Shown: in pieces, positions 33,046 to 47,085 of the stretch
How the letters are laid out: every line of letters begins with the position of its first letter
How positions within the stretch are numbered: the first letter of the stretch is position 1
From: Perkinsus chesapeaki ATCC PRA-425
Lineage: Eukaryota; Protista; Perkinsozoa
Direction of reading: 5' to 3'
DNA: 59,497 bases
Assembly: GCA_013115145.1 (NCBI GenBank)
Contig: JAAPAO010000162.1
Span: forward strand, 1-59,497
The notes under the pieces: model-generated
What the model saw: the letters and a program-made list of their open reading frames with translations, nothing else
Databases searched by the model: none
Told to the model about the DNA's origin: nothing
Program-made: the position numbers and the translations under genes

Positions 33046-36000
33046 TTACTCAGCTCTGGCCCTCCGAGTGTAACTCCACCCAACACTTCCTACAGTCCGC
33101 TGGATCTCTTCCCTTTCCGCTTCAAGATCAACCCGTACAGGGGAGGCCTGCCGCGGTCGTCTATACCGACGTTTCCTCCTCACTAGGGTAGGTGGGCGCT
33201 CCGGTGGGGGAAGCCCTGGTGCCATAATCGACGCAAAGGCAATCCTGTTTTGATCAGGTCTCCATGCTAGCTCCGCTTGTCCTCGGCTTTCGGTCTCTGC
33301 TGTTAACGCGGGCAGGATCGTCCGTGGTGAGCTATTTTCTGTCAGTTCTTCTACCAGTTTTTCGACCTGTCTTCCTCCGCCTATGGCACGAATGAATTTG
33401 TCGACCTTCTTCATGTGTCTTCTCTTCTTCTGTGGCGGCAAACTTTCGGGTGCGGTGATGAACGTCACACTCATACTTGGAGCTCGTTCCCTCTCGTCTT
33501 TTTCGTTGTCGCTGCCAGTGGTCTCCCCGGCTGTACTGTCATTGCCGATGCTGCTTCTGTTTCTTTTCTGGCACTTGATATTCAGTTTAAACCCACCACC
33601 AAAGGCATCGACCATCCTCACTGCGATGCTCGGCTTCACCTCAGTAGGCATTTCCTTATCTTGTAAAGCATTCCGTAGTTCGTCCATCACACCGACCCCC
33701 AGCACAAGGGGTTCCATAACAGTTTTAACGTAATGTCGCTGTAGAGGAGGAGTGCCTTTCAAACACATAAGCGCTCCTTTTGGCAAGCCGAGGCCAAGAG
33801 TGTGCTGGACTAGCATATCACGTGTCAGCCGCCCTACGCCGTTCAACCTGAAACAGCGTCACCGGCTACGGTTAAGAGAGCTAACTCACAGTATCTTCTG
33901 GGCGACCTCAGCGAGCTCCTCGGCAGATCGTCGATAAACTGCTCGAAGGCCTAGTTGGTGCTCTTGTCTCCCGGGCCATTTCACAACTGGGAATTGAAGA
34001 TATACGGCTACGGGTCTGTGCAATGTTACGCAGAACTCTATCCAGAAATGAGACGAAGTCCTCGAGAAGACGTCGAGTATCGATATCGGAATCGAATGGC
34101 AGAGGTGAGAGCTGCCAGGCGGAATCCTGGAAACACGGCGAAGTCAACTGAAAGGCAGGAGCTTTACTCCTGACCTCTATATGATGCAACTTGGCATGCT
34201 GGAATTGGACAAGGCTGATCTTCAACCATGCAACAACTTCCTCAGTTAAATTCCCCAGGGCTCCTGGCCAGTGGGTCTGATACTAACACATGAACATGTA
34301 CTATCGGTCAGACTGGCTTACCTCTTCTTCATTTGTCTGGTCATCTTTATTACGAGATGGCTCTGCCTGAGGCCAAGAAATCTGAAAGGTAATCAAGACG
34401 TGACGCTACCAAAGGTTTGGTGAGTGCCCGAATGCATCTGAAACCGCCTGCCGTTTGTGTCTGGTGTGAGGTGCGCTCGGGCCGAACTCTGATCTGTATC
34501 TTCGCTCGCCCTGACAAGGCCAGCTGGCTCGCATTGGAACCTGGCTTAGAGCTCACCTGCGATCTTCGACACTTCCACAAGTTCACCGAATAACATTCTT
34601 ATTTGTTGAGGCATGATGTCCATTGCCGCCTCTATCCCCGAGACAGAGGCATCAGTTTGACATGCCGAGTCCACAGACTTCTGTCCAGTATGTTTTTTAG
34701 ACCCTCGACTAGCCCCATATATCTCTCGGAGATTGTGGATGTCGACAGCTCCTGGATCGTGGCTCCTGAGAGGAGGGATGTGGCCGCCATGCCACCCACA
34801 ATGGTGTCTACCTCAATGTGGACCGCTGCTGGGCCAAAATAGATGTGGCCCGTTTCGAGTTGGAAAGAGCCGCGCGGCGAATCTGCGCAGGAAGTATTCT
34901 TATGGATGCATAGCATCCATAAGGATAGACCCACCTCATCAGCATGACTTGCGGCGGCTATAACAGTACTGCTGATATCTCCCTGATTGGCGGTTTCATC
35001 TCTTGAATTCTTCCTTGACGATATTCTATAACAAATCTCGACGACCATTAAGTTGCCATGGCCTGACTTACCGTCTGGCTGATGATCTGGACGGAAGCAG
35101 GAGCTTTTCCATAGCAGCTGCTGTTCTCACTTCTGGCATCTCAAGCTCAGAGCCGGAAGATTCTACTGAGCTCTCTTCGGTGCCTTGACTCGAGCCCTCT
35201 GGTTCTCTTTCTGGATGGGCTTCAGTGGCGGTATTGCCCTAATAGTATCACTACATCGCAGAGAAATACTGGGCGTTTTCTCCCTACCTTCTGGCCCTTC
35301 TCATAGCCTGCAATGGTAGGTGAACCAAGCTGTCCTTCGGTTTTGCTCTGGGCCGTATTTGGCATTCCGGGGTCTTCTCTCGGGTTCCCATCTCCTTTGG
35401 CTTCCTTAAATACTTGTTGGGTCTCAGCCTTGTCGTGGACCGGTTCGTCGTCCGATTCGGAGTAAAAAGATGATCCATCGGTGTAATCAGATTCTGCCAA
35501 CTCCTCAACTAGATTCTCTGTGACATCAGGTGCCTGCGGTTGCACAAACATATACGTAAGCGTTGAGCACTCCGCCGGTAAAGCACCTGCGTCTCTCCAT
35601 CTCCCTCCCCTTGCTGCCCGTCCCCCGCCTCGATAGCGTTGTCCTCCGCTAGTGGAGTGTCATGTCGCTCTTGCTCCTGACGCGACAGGATGATAGAACC
35701 GGGGCGTGTGCCATATCTCACCTGTAGTGCATTTGACTTCACCCTCGGGACGCGCTTTCTCCTCCTTCGCCTCTGTTTAGCAGCAGTCTTCTTTTCGATC
35801 GGGTGTATACTTTGATTTCCCCCGGTCGGGTCTTCAAGCGTCGCTTCTGGGACAACTGTTGGCTGACCGCTCATACTAGAGGGGGCACCTGCGCTTCATT
35901 GATAACCGTGACCCGTGCACTATTTCTCACCTTCGATAGTAACCGGTTTCTCTTGAGCGCCTTCCCTCGTGGGTCCTTCTGCACCGACGCTCTAGCATAA

Positions 36001-39000
36001 GCTCTTGTAAGCTGTTGGTAGAAGCAAACCTACTTCAACTCTTGTCCCTGAGGTTGAACCTGTATGAGGGCCTTCGACAATGTGCACGTGCTTCTCTTCT
36101 CCGCCTTTGGTAGTAGATACTTCTGGCAGGCCTGAGGTTGCGAGTCTAATGTCAAATAATATCTTATTTGTCGTGCACTTGAAGTTGCGTAGTGTAATAG
36201 ACTTCCGCCGCGGGCAAACGCTGTTGATACCTGGATTATCATTTGCAACCGGGCTGGTCTCCTGTGCTCCGGTCTTTATACGCTCATATGCTGCGAGCGC
36301 CTCCTTCGACACAAATGACTGTCCCCGCTTTGGAGCTGCCACTGCTGGTGCTGGCCTTGCCGAGGATTCAGCTTTGCTCTTGTCATCATCGCTCGATCCA
36401 GTGCCCGCGATCTTCACTGTCTTGTGTAAGATAGGCGTTGTAGCGAGGGCCCTGAAGGTTAACGGTAAGTCCCAGGAGTCACTACAGACCCAAGGGCCTA
36501 ATACTCGGAAGATCACAATAAAGGAAACAAAACAAACAAATGCTCGACCTCGTCGAGTGAACGAAACCGCCACATCGCTGGTGGGGATGCGGCGTTGGCA
36601 TGATTTACCATGTCTCACCTCCTCTCTAAGTCCCTCCGCCTGTCCTCGGCTCGATCCTTTGCTTCTTCATCTGCTATGAATCTGAACACCTTATTTTCAA
36701 AGCTTCACTATACTGCAAACACTCACTGATGTAGGGATATCTTTTTCAGTTTGCTGGGAGAGGCAGGATGAAGACCACCCGTGGCTTGTCGAAGAAGTCT
36801 CCTCATCGCCTCTTGATTTGCGGCCTCATCTGGACTGTGCCTCTTAGCAGCGGCCTGCACCGTCTGCAGCCTACAGTGTCTCATCAGCTGGCATGCTCCT
36901 AGAACTCCCCGTATACCTACACTTCATTCTGGACTTTAAGTTCGGCGAGCTGCCGCGTGAGCTCGTCCATTCTTGCTGCGTTTTTCTCGGCATCTTCCTG
37001 CGCCGCTGATGGCCTCCTCGAACTTCCCCGTCTGCTGCTCGAGCCCTCCCTGGAACGGTCATTATTGCATACTGTAGAGGAAGTCGAGACTACCTGTAGA
37101 GCTTCACCTCCTCGCGTAGTCTTCCCAACTCCATCAGCATCGCCGACTCTCGGCGCTCGGAGGCCCTATTGTCCTCCCCAGCCTGGGCTCTGATGACTGA
37201 CATCCTTCTCTGCCTTGCTCGAGCCCCAGCATCCTCCCTGATGAAAAGAGCTGGCCCTTATCTCCAGTCTTCTGATATTTACCAGAACACTTCCCTGGAC
37301 TGCGGGTTGATACTTTTGATCAACCGGTTTGTCATCTGAACTTTCTTGATCGAAGCACGGGCGCTCTGCAAGAGTTATCGAGCGCGATTATCGCCGTGAC
37401 GAAGCAAACGAGTAGTTGTAGTTGCTATCCAACTTACATACAATACAGAACTGCGGCCATGTGAGGCCCTCCGGCCAACAGGCAGATGAGGCTTCCAAGA
37501 GGCCCTTCGGTCATGGGAAGGCCTGCGACTTCCGACCGCTTCTTCTTCGCTGGAGTCCTCCTCCTCTGATGAGCTACTTGATGAAGACGAAGATGCCGAG
37601 GAGGATGCCCCCTCGGCCTTCTGCGAATTTCGTAACACTTGCCGTAGCAGCTGAGAGCAGCCTACCTGCATCTTTTCACCGTACTTAGCCGAGCGATCTT
37701 GTTCTAACACTGTGAGCACCTACAATAAAAACCTACTTCTTGAACCTATCTTCTTCAGACTTGCCTCTGCTTTCAGCTCCTCATCAACCCCTTCTTCACC
37801 CGCCGTGGCTTCAATACCAGCAATAACCTGAGATGCTTCAATCATTCTACCAAGTAGTTTGCGGACTTACAGCTTGGTCCTCATCTAGCGCTCCAGCAAA
37901 GTCGAACTCCGTCCAGTCTAAAGTCTCGGCCTTCCATGTTGCACCTGGCATTGGAAATTCTATATTTCATCGCAGTCTCGGCTCACCTATCTTTCTCATC
38001 GCATGACGTCTATTAGCCAACTCAGCTGCGCTCCTCTCGACTTCGTCCGAGAATTGAACCATGTTTTCCCGCGCCTCGATACTTCGCCTAATGGGTAAAA
38101 GCCATCACTAAGATACCGTAAAGACGGCAAGTTACTCCGCCACAGCCTGGGCAAATGCCTCGTCATTTTGCATAGCGTCAATAACGGCTGCTTTTGCCGC
38201 TTCCTGATCTGCACTGTGGAGCTCCTCGATCTCTCCAGTCAGGGCCTGCAAACGGCTAGGCCTCTATCGGTCCCTCACTCGACGCGGGTCATACGGCAAC
38301 TTTCCTGAATTCCATATCGTAGGCGTTCTTATAGACTAGACAGTTGTCGTTGGCTTCGATCCAGGCTTCCCGGATCTTCCTCAGTTCGTAATCTTTCAGT
38401 TCGATATCGAATTTCATGCCTTCTATAGTCTTCTCGAGGGACCTGATCAACACTTGGCCATGGCAGAAAGGCCGTTGTGTGAGCTTTATCACTTTTGTTT
38501 TTCTTTGAAGAACTCCACTTCCATCATTGTGGTGCTCCGTTGAATGTGATTCAGGTTGCTTGCTCTCTTTTTAGCATCCTGACATCATACCCTCCAGACA
38601 CTGCACCGGCCCTACCCACCTACCCCTTCCGCTCGGATGGCCTCCTGCCATGTTATCGCCCTTGCTTGTATGTAATCGGTTAACCTGCCGTACTTGCTGC
38701 CGAAGTCTGCCTTATCAAATAGGCTCTGCCAAGGCGCAGCGTTGAGCGTCAGAGTTAGTTCGGTTCCTCTCACATCTTCATCATCTTCTCCTTCAGAGCC
38801 GCTCGGCTCGGACATGGTTTGAAGTTCGCCTTTAGGATCGTTCTTGCGGGGCCCTGATAGGCGCGCGTGGAGCATCCCTAGCTCGGGCGACCTACTCTTG
38901 CGGAGCCGGCCCGTGCGTGTGCGAGAGTATCGAGCGTTCGACTTATTGCTGTCCATAACTTCTTCAATTTCCCTAGCCCCATGAACCTGACCAAGATGCG

Positions 39001-42000
39001 CCGTCCTCCTCGACGATTCATGCAACCCGTGCTCACCGAATGTGATCTAATAAGCGACCGCCACATTATGCATCGCTCGCGCTTCAGCCGAGCATTGTAC
39101 GACGTGGCACTTTGTACCTAAATGTTGAAGGTCACTGCTGCCATTGTGAGGTAATAAGCTTACCTCAAGTTCCTGGAACTTCTCTGCCCATTCCGCATGA
39201 GTCTCCTTTGTAATCTTTGCCTTCAGCTTAGCTTTAATTCTTACAACTAGTTGAGATAGGTCGACGGGGCTATCAAATGCGATCTTATGTTGCAGCTGAA
39301 ATCCAACGGTTGCAAGGTAGTCCCCAGTGGGCTGCCGGCCTGACCTCATCGACAATCTCTGGTAGATCCATGGTTCGGCAAAGCCTTCTGAGTAGCCTAA
39401 CCTGGCCGCCCTTCAGCTCCTGCGATTCGCTTTGCCCATCGACAGCGCCTATTATAATGTCCTGACGTTCTTTCGCGTGTCAGACCCCCAACCTGCATCG
39501 GGCTTCGATGAGCTCCTTCCCCTTCCCATGACCTTCACTTTAGGTTCGGCAGCCTCGTTGGCTTTATGCAGTTGCGTTCGTGCCTGAGGCAGGAGTCGCG
39601 AATTGATGGGCATCAGGACAGGAGCCTACCCGCTCAAGTGTGTCTGCCAGATTCTTTCTCTCGCTCTTAAGCTCCCCAAGGCGCTGCCTGAGCAACGCCA
39701 CATATTCTCTAGACACGGCTGGCTTCGTCGCTGGGGCTCACTCCTGCGTTCCCATTTTGTCCTGAAGTTTCTGAATCTCATCTTCTTGCATCGATATTCT
39801 TCGATCGCGCTCAGCCAGCATTTGCCGCTTCCGTGCAGAATCGTCGGCGTATCTACCGAATGAGGTGGAGAAGTGTACTGAGTCTCTGATGCCCCTACCG
39901 GGAACGTTCCTTATCCTGTGCCTCTTCCGCGCGCCGCAGTCGGATGGCGTTTGACGTCTGAAATCTTTTTTCCTGAACGAACCATTCTTCCACGAAATTC
40001 TCTATCAACGAGATCTCCTAGCAGAATAGTTACGTCTTGAAGGGCCGCTTCTGCCTCCTTCATCTTCTCCTCCATTTTGGCGCAATTTGTATCCTTCTCT
40101 CTGATCTGCAACTTCAGCGTCTTGATGTCCTCCATACGTGCCACAAAATCGGCCTGCACAGTGTTGCAGACGATCCAGGAGCATATCCCATCCCCACCTC
40201 CATCTTAGCGAGCGATGTTGCGGTTGATGCCTTTTCCCGTTGAGCCTCCTCAATAGACTTCGCTTGCTCGGACAATCGTCGCTGCAGGACCTGAGCGAAT
40301 AAGCTAAGCCAGAGTGTGAAGACCTCGGAGCGCTGAATCACTGAGCTTAACGCAGGTTCGGGCGGCTCCCTGTGTGCCTGTGATCTCGACACGTGCGATC
40401 TCCCGCTGTGAATCCCAGGGGGTGAGTTTAACAAATTCCCGGTTTAATATGTCCACTGGCCATCATTAACTATTTTTCCTAAACTCATGGACGTAAAGGA
40501 CTCAAGGACATAAAGGACGTAAGGACTCAAAGTCCTCATGGAAACTCATGGACATACAAGAGACGTCCTATGCGGGCGAGATTTTGGAGTGAAATGCGTA
40601 GTTTAAATCCGCCTTATTGAAACAGAGTAACGTATCATCTTCCCAGCTACGTACCTGATTGGCAGTAGTGAGAACTGATATCTCCTGTTCGAGCTCATCG
40701 ATCTTGGTAAGTCGAACTGGCTTCGGCTTGTTACCAGTTGCAGCAGCACATGCCTCATCCTCCTGGTTCATTTCCTATCAACGATATTATCCTTCAGAGG
40801 TAGATAAGCGTTTACCTCCATCATAGAGTGGAAGCCTTTTGCACATTCACTGAGTACTCGTTCAGCTATGGCCAAGTCGGAGTTAGGGTCAACTAAGATC
40901 GAATGTTGTATAGTTCAGTACAGTGAGCCAGCTTGACAGTATAATTATTTGCCGCCTGCGGAGCATGACGAATACAGTAGAAAAACCTACTCCTTATTGA
41001 AGCCCTCCTCACGCTCGCTCGTCGGCGAGCCGTCTGTCCAGCACCGCTGCCGCGACGCTGACCCGTCGTCAAACTGTCCACTTCTGCGTGATTGCGCAGC
41101 CTACCGATGAGCCCGGAGAGAGCGCTTTGCCATTCTTTTCCGCCAGAGCGATTCCTTGCAGAAGCTTTGATTTTGCTTGCGCAATGAGATCGGTGTACCT
41201 GCGCCCGAATGGTGGAGGTCACGCGATTATTATCTATACAGTCTGTTCTGCCGCTTCAACTTCAAGAAGCTCGCTTGGACCTTGAGGGTTGAGGAGTTCG
41301 GAGAGGGCCAGAGATGAAAGATACCTTATTGAGTTCGCCTTGATTTACTGCAACGACGACGTCATTCTCTGAGGACCCGCTGCCCCCGTCTTCAGCTGCC
41401 CCGCTGATACAAAGCAGATGGTATCCAAGAGAGAGCGGCGGCTTCCGGCTTACTCTAGAACCATCGGTTCATTATGCGCTTTGAACTCAGCTAGAAGGCT
41501 TCCTAGAGATATCGTACCTACATCTTTGCCTGAGTGGCCTTGAACTGAATGGAAGCTTACTCAATGCGGCTGTGGCGCCTTGCCCCCGTTGGCCCTTGCT
41601 AAGCTTTGTCACGTGTGTCTCCAGATACTGCACTTTCATGTCCAAGAGGTGATTACGATCGCTGAGCTCATCTACTTGTTTTTTGTATGCTGAGAGGAAT
41701 GTCCAATGGCAAGCCAAGCATGCCGGCAAAACTGGGCCGCAGATTTGCTCATGTATGTTCCGAATGCTAATGAACGTTGTTGCTCCAATGGGACGCTGGA
41801 ACTAGAGCGGAAAAAGCAAGTTCTTATGACCAAATCTGGCATGTCACCCTAGGGGTGATGTTTAAAAAAGGCATTAACCTTAGAAATTCTGTGGTGAGGG
41901 TCACATCATACTGATCAGGGATCAGATATAATAATATTATACAATGAAATCGCTTGGAGATAGCGCTTGTGAAGATTCAGCATAGTCCAGAGACTCACCT

Positions 42001-43821
42001 CGGTTCTCCAACATAAGGGTCTTCAATTTGAGCTCGAAGCGGTCTCGTTCGACCTTGAAAATCCCCTTCATCTCTTCCTCCTTTTGCCGAAGTAGTTGCC
42101 GTGTTTCTTCCTCCATGTAGATATCGCCATCAAATATGTTAACCTGAGCCGCCAGGAATCTTGTTGAAGATCCTCGTGGGAGCTTACATCGGTATCAGAC
42201 TTTGACACTTTGCTGATAAGCTCCTCGACCTCTTTCGTACTCCGCAGAAGACGCTGAGCGCTACTCCCCGATCCTGAAGTCCGCAACTTGGATTTGCGCA
42301 CGGCGAGGGGGTTTCTCGGTGATTCGAGCCCCATAGAGCTTAACGCGATCATCCGGCATGCCTCCTTACAACGACCAGGAACGGATCATAGTGGAGCCCA
42401 GCGGAGAACGAAAGCCTTGCATGGGCGAAGGTTTTTACCTTCTCTGAATCTCATATGGTCCTCCACTTCAATCAATAACCCCTTCAGCTTCGTGCGCAGT
42501 AAGTGAAGGTCCCTCTGGTAGGCCATCCGCAAATGCCTACGTTACCAGCCTCTCGTAGTGCGTTCACCATCGAGCTCACCGAAAACTGAGGGCTTGGTTT
42601 GTCAGCTTCCAAAGAGTATCTTCGAGCTTCGACTGCAATGTTTCATGGCTCTTTACGCAGGTGTCCAATTGAATTGACAAGAGCCTAGATTTGAAGACCT
42701 CCGTCTCAAGGCTGGTGCCGGCCGGAGGTAAGGTGTCAAGTGAGCGATCGATTATGACCTGAAAAACTCATAGTCGGCTACGTAAAGGAGCGCGGTCACC
42801 GACCTTGGAGTAATCGTACAAGCGTCCAAGCATCGAGTTCAAGGCAACTTTAATATTTTTGACGATAGCCAACTCGACTTCGGGATTGTCCCCCAGGTTA
42901 TTCAGAGCCGTGGTGTAGACAGTATACCTTTGCAACAGCTGCTACTTTCTCTCATATAAAGCAGAAACACACTTCAATAATCGATTCAACTCGTCCTTGC
43001 AGAGCCTCGTTAGATCTTCGAAATGGCGCTTGAGTTCGCCATGGAACATCCTGTCTGGAGGCAGTCCGGGGCCATGGTCGTCCAGTCTCTGCCGAGCAAT
43101 GGCCACCGACACTTTTACCAGCAGACTCACGATGCGCTGGTCCATAGCTTGCTTGATTGTCGCTTTCAGTTTGCTTGGTGTCCATAGTAGGTCGTTTGGG
43201 TCCACTGGCCTGCGCAAAGCAGTGACACTCGAGTTAAGTGCTTACAACAGCGCCAACATTGCGAGCGCACCGTATACGCAATCGTTGCTTGACTCAATTT
43301 CGCCTACTTCTAATAAATAGCAGTCTATTGAGATTGTGATGTGTGATTGAGCTGATTCATTCTATTCAATTGCGAAGGGGTCTGGCTATATCAATCCCCT
43401 TACTGTGGCGGAGGTAGAGGCTCTCGGAACTTCATATCTTCAGCATTACTCTTGTCAATGTCAAGCCCAGCGGCACTGCGAGCAGCGATCCTCACCGCCT
43501 ATTATAGAGTACGGGCCCAAGTGAGTCCAAGAATGCCCACCTGGCACTTCCCTTCGTCCAAAAGGCGAATGGCTTTCTCTGTATCCCCTTCAAGGGCAAA
43601 CGTTCCGTTCTTGATTGCCATCCTGAACATTTCATGCATTACTGTCCGCTTCAGACTACTAGTATAGCGCACTTTCTCGCTGCGGTGCTGCTAGCGTAAA
43701 CAGCGTTATCAATGCTGAACATCCTTGGGGCTGTTGACATCCTGAACTTGCTTCCCCTTGAGCCCCTCTTCTCTATAGAAGGTTTTCCGCGTTGTTGTGA
43801 CCCTGTTCGATCAGTGCCCAT
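33046..43821 (-). CDS. Very large multi-exon coiled-coil/low-complexity protein (may be two genes split near 40440-40570)
   Basis: Continuous run of minus-strand GT-AG-bounded exons with E/K/Q-rich heptads (e.g. MEDIKTLKLQIREKDTNCAKMEEKMKEAE, KIDELEQEISVL) and acidic/Ser tracts. ATG candidate 43821, final stop 33046. No family recognised. Confidence 0.5.
40481..40560. repeat. Short degenerate tandem repeat (GGAC[A/G]TAAAGG / AAACTCATGGAC units)
   Basis: aaactcatggacgtaaaggactcaaggacataaaggacgtaaggactcaaagtcctcatggaaactcatggacatacaag. Confidence 0.6.
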
Positions 43822-44169
43822 TGTAGTGGCGTGTCATAGCTCCTGTAAACATTGAAGCTGTCACATTCAACACAGGTCGCATCGGCTGATTCAGCTCTGT
43901 GGTCTTTCACACTAGCTTCAAGCTTGGCCTTGCCATACAGTACGTAGCCCGTTGGGATCCATCACGGTGATCGTGCTCTGTATGCGACCATCGATGACGA
44001 TTTGAATCGTGATATTTGTGCACATTGTGATGATTTCCGGTCCCATTGACAACACGATCCTTTTGGATCCACAACACCTGCAGTGTAGCTAGTAAGCAGC
44101 ATTAAACATGACTAATATTTGATAAACGGATGACGAAGGTAAGAAGGTGCAATTGGTAAAGTGCGACTG

Positions 44170-45412
44170 TCATATTTGCTTCACTCGACTGGCTCCGACT
44201 TTGACGCGCAGGGCTTGCTGATGCTTTACAAACCGTCTCTGCCACCTGTCACTGAGATACCTGTGGGAATACTTCCACCTTGCCGACAGAGGAAAGACTT
44301 ACGCCGCGATCTCTTCACCGCAGCCGCAGTCAACGCAGATGAGCATCGAGAAAAAGAGGATGATAGTTACACCAGCCAAAGCCAACTGCAACAGCAGATC
44401 ACTCTGGACGCTAACGCGCACGGAAGCTCACCAGCACGGCCGCGGTGGGAAAAGGTGCGCTTTCCAGCTCTTGAAGCTCGTGATAACGGGCACCACAAGA
44501 CAACATAGAGCAGTGTGTCCGATAAAGGGTTGCTGAAAGGGACGAATTATTATCATTAAAGTGAAGGCGGTGGTTATACCGACCGTATGCCATACGATGG
44601 TCCTCATCAGAACTTCGAGGATTATAACAGGACTCAACAGCTGCGGAGCATTTATCCCTTAGCAAGGTCAATTCATCCTCGTCACAAGTTGTCCACATCC
44701 GAGAGGAAAACTCAGGTGCTGGTCGAGGCTCTGAGAAAACAACAACTTCCCTCCCGGTCGAATAGGAGAAGCCTTACCAGAAGTTGACGGTGTTCCGTGA
44801 CAGACTCTAAATATTCCACAGTAGTCCGCCAGGCATACACCATCTAAAGGGACAGTAGCGGCACAGTGTCGCACAGAGGGGCGCGGCCGACCCTCGTTTG
44901 CAATGTCCATATGATTGCCTTCCATGTGGAGGTCCAGATAGTGCTCGCTCTTAAAGACCTTCCCGCAGATGCCGCATTGCCATGTCGACGAGCCTGCGTC
45001 CAAGCAGCGATCGGGGATAGGGCGGCGCTACAGTGTAACCTACTCTGCTTCGGTTTTCTCCACACCTTCGCTTTCTCGTGTGGTGACCAGATGTCGTTGC
45101 CAGGCGAGAAGGCGCAGGTAGCTAGTGGCTTCGGCAGACCAGGAAGCACGTCCTTGTCTAATATTTTACGCACTGTTCGACCTACCACATCAGGAACGTG
45201 AAGTGGTGGTAGGTTCCCACTAACTGACTTATTCCTCGATTGCAGCGATGCTGGAAAGTATAGGAATATCCTTTAGGGTGCGCATGAACTCCTTGCGAAG
45301 ATAAGCAGGTCGATGCGACAGCCACTGCCAGACTCCACACCGCAGAGAGGCGCCTTCGCCTCTTCCGGCGTAATACAGTGTGACAGCAGGATACACCATT
45401 ACATGACGACAT
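44170..45412 (-). CDS. Secreted/membrane-anchored Cys-rich protein with a single C2H2-like finger
   Basis: Signal-like N-terminus; HRCNR, CAFSPGNDIW, WQCGICGKVFKSEHYLDLHMEGNH, CLADYCGIFRVC, C..CSAAVESC, HCSMLSC; C-terminal TM (LALAGVTIILFFSMLICV). The Cys pattern resembles an uncharacterised plant/protist family as I recall it. Confidence 0.7.
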
Positions 45413-45716
45413 CACAGATACACAAGTATAAAGATGAAACCGTCTCTGCCTGTTCAGTGGATCTGTTTATCATCTTGCACCTATCCCCGTTGTCGTACAA
45501 TTAACAACACTAGATTCTATTATTAATATTATTGTTAATAATGCCTTATAATGAACACACCTGCCCTAGTGCAAGCGTTTTACCTGCTACGAGGAGGAGG
45601 CGGCACCATCGAAAATGCTACTGGCTTGTTAAATGGGTATTTAGTAATGAACGCTCACAAACGGAGACAGACAAATGGCAGCGGCAACGAGGCCTCATTT
45701 ATAGTGGGCAATTTCC

Positions 45717-46806
45717 TCATTGAACTGTGCAGTTCTGCGATCTCGGAGGAGCGTACCCACAGGCAGCGCAGGTTGATGTGCTGCCATTGTTGATTAAGGA
45801 ACCTGGGAAGAAGCGTACAACACTGTCATTGTGAAACTGACTAGCAGCCAGAAACCTGACATACTCTACTGCAGCTACATGCCCTCAGTAATACTTACAT
45901 TTTCGGCAACGCCATTGGCTTGATCGACCGTTGCTGCCAGCCTTAGAACCGCTGGAAGCCACGACGGCACTCTTTTTGGAACCGGGTTTGCCGGAGTTTC
46001 GCTTGAAGAGCTTGCTTGGCCCTCGAGCTCGCCACCTGATGAAGGTAATCATATAAGGATGTTATAAAGACGGGGCTCTGATCCGGTATCAATGGGTTCC
46101 CATCCAATTCACAGTATACAGCGCCGATGAGCACTTACTCTTCGCAGGGATGGGCGTCCTCGTAGCGGTGCTTCAGACATATCTTAGTATGGCACTTGGG
46201 GCACTCATACGAGTTAACTTCGGTAAGCCTTTCCCGGCATCCCTGAAAACACAAATTCTGTCCCCGTCTTCAATCAGTTACAGCTACTACCTCAACAGGG
46301 CACTTTTGAAGCCTCGGTTTGTTGTAGTTCTCCGGCCGACATTCTGTCGAATTTGAGTGTCGCTGAAAGGCTTCATTTTCGGTTTCACCGGATAACTAAA
46401 GCAACGTAATGATTAACACCGGCCGAGCTAAGAATCATCATTCATTCTTCATCAGTCTTCTTTTCGAGGTCTATTTCATAACTATCAATAATATTATTTC
46501 ACAGCTGGAGCCTTCAAGCCCTTCAAATTCATCATATCCGCCAAAGACCTTACCAAATGGATAGACGCTCTGCACAACGGACAGATGATGACCTGCTGCT
46601 TGTTATATGCAGTCGAATTGAGATATGGACAGTTATGAGCCTCATACGTTCGATGATCAAGGCAAAATCTGATAGAAAAATCGTAAATAATTTCCCTTGT
46701 GTTTCGGTTACTCCTTATGGCAACGATCACACTCAAAAGGTAGAAAATCCTGTTGATGACAGTAAGGCTCTGCACAGTGCGCTCCAAGATCGGCGAAGTC
46801 AGTCAT
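45717..46806 (-). CDS. AN1-type zinc-finger protein (ZFAND2/AIRAP-like) with C-terminal RanBP2/NZF finger and CaaX box
   Basis: MTDFADLGAHCAEPYCHQQDFLPFECDRCH, FCLDHRTYEAHNC, VIICPLC, second AN1 (CPKCHTKICLKHRYEDAHPC). Spliced tail WRCRKCSLINNGSTSTCAACGYAPPRSQNCTVQ*. Confidence 0.85.
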
Positions 46807-47085
46807 TATGTATATAAAACTGTATAACTAATTAGACAACTACTTACAGCTACTAGGGTAATAGATGGACCACAGGCATCGAATAGTCTGCCTAAGCTTG
46901 ATTGTAAACTGACTGTTGTTCAGCAATCACAGCCAAGGCCAGGACATTGCAGAAGATGATACTAGACGAACAGTTCGACTGGAGCGGCAGGATACGAAGT
47001 CCCGAATGCACCACAAATGGGTTACAGGCTGTGATTTACAGCTAGCAACAACGACATTTGCTGCTAACATGTCAACTTCAGCTGA

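Noticed and set aside
43770-43840. Ankyrin-like DTPLQWALIEQGHNNAENLL on the minus strand
   Set aside because: Single isolated copy ending in a stop; a different frame gives the longer open exon.
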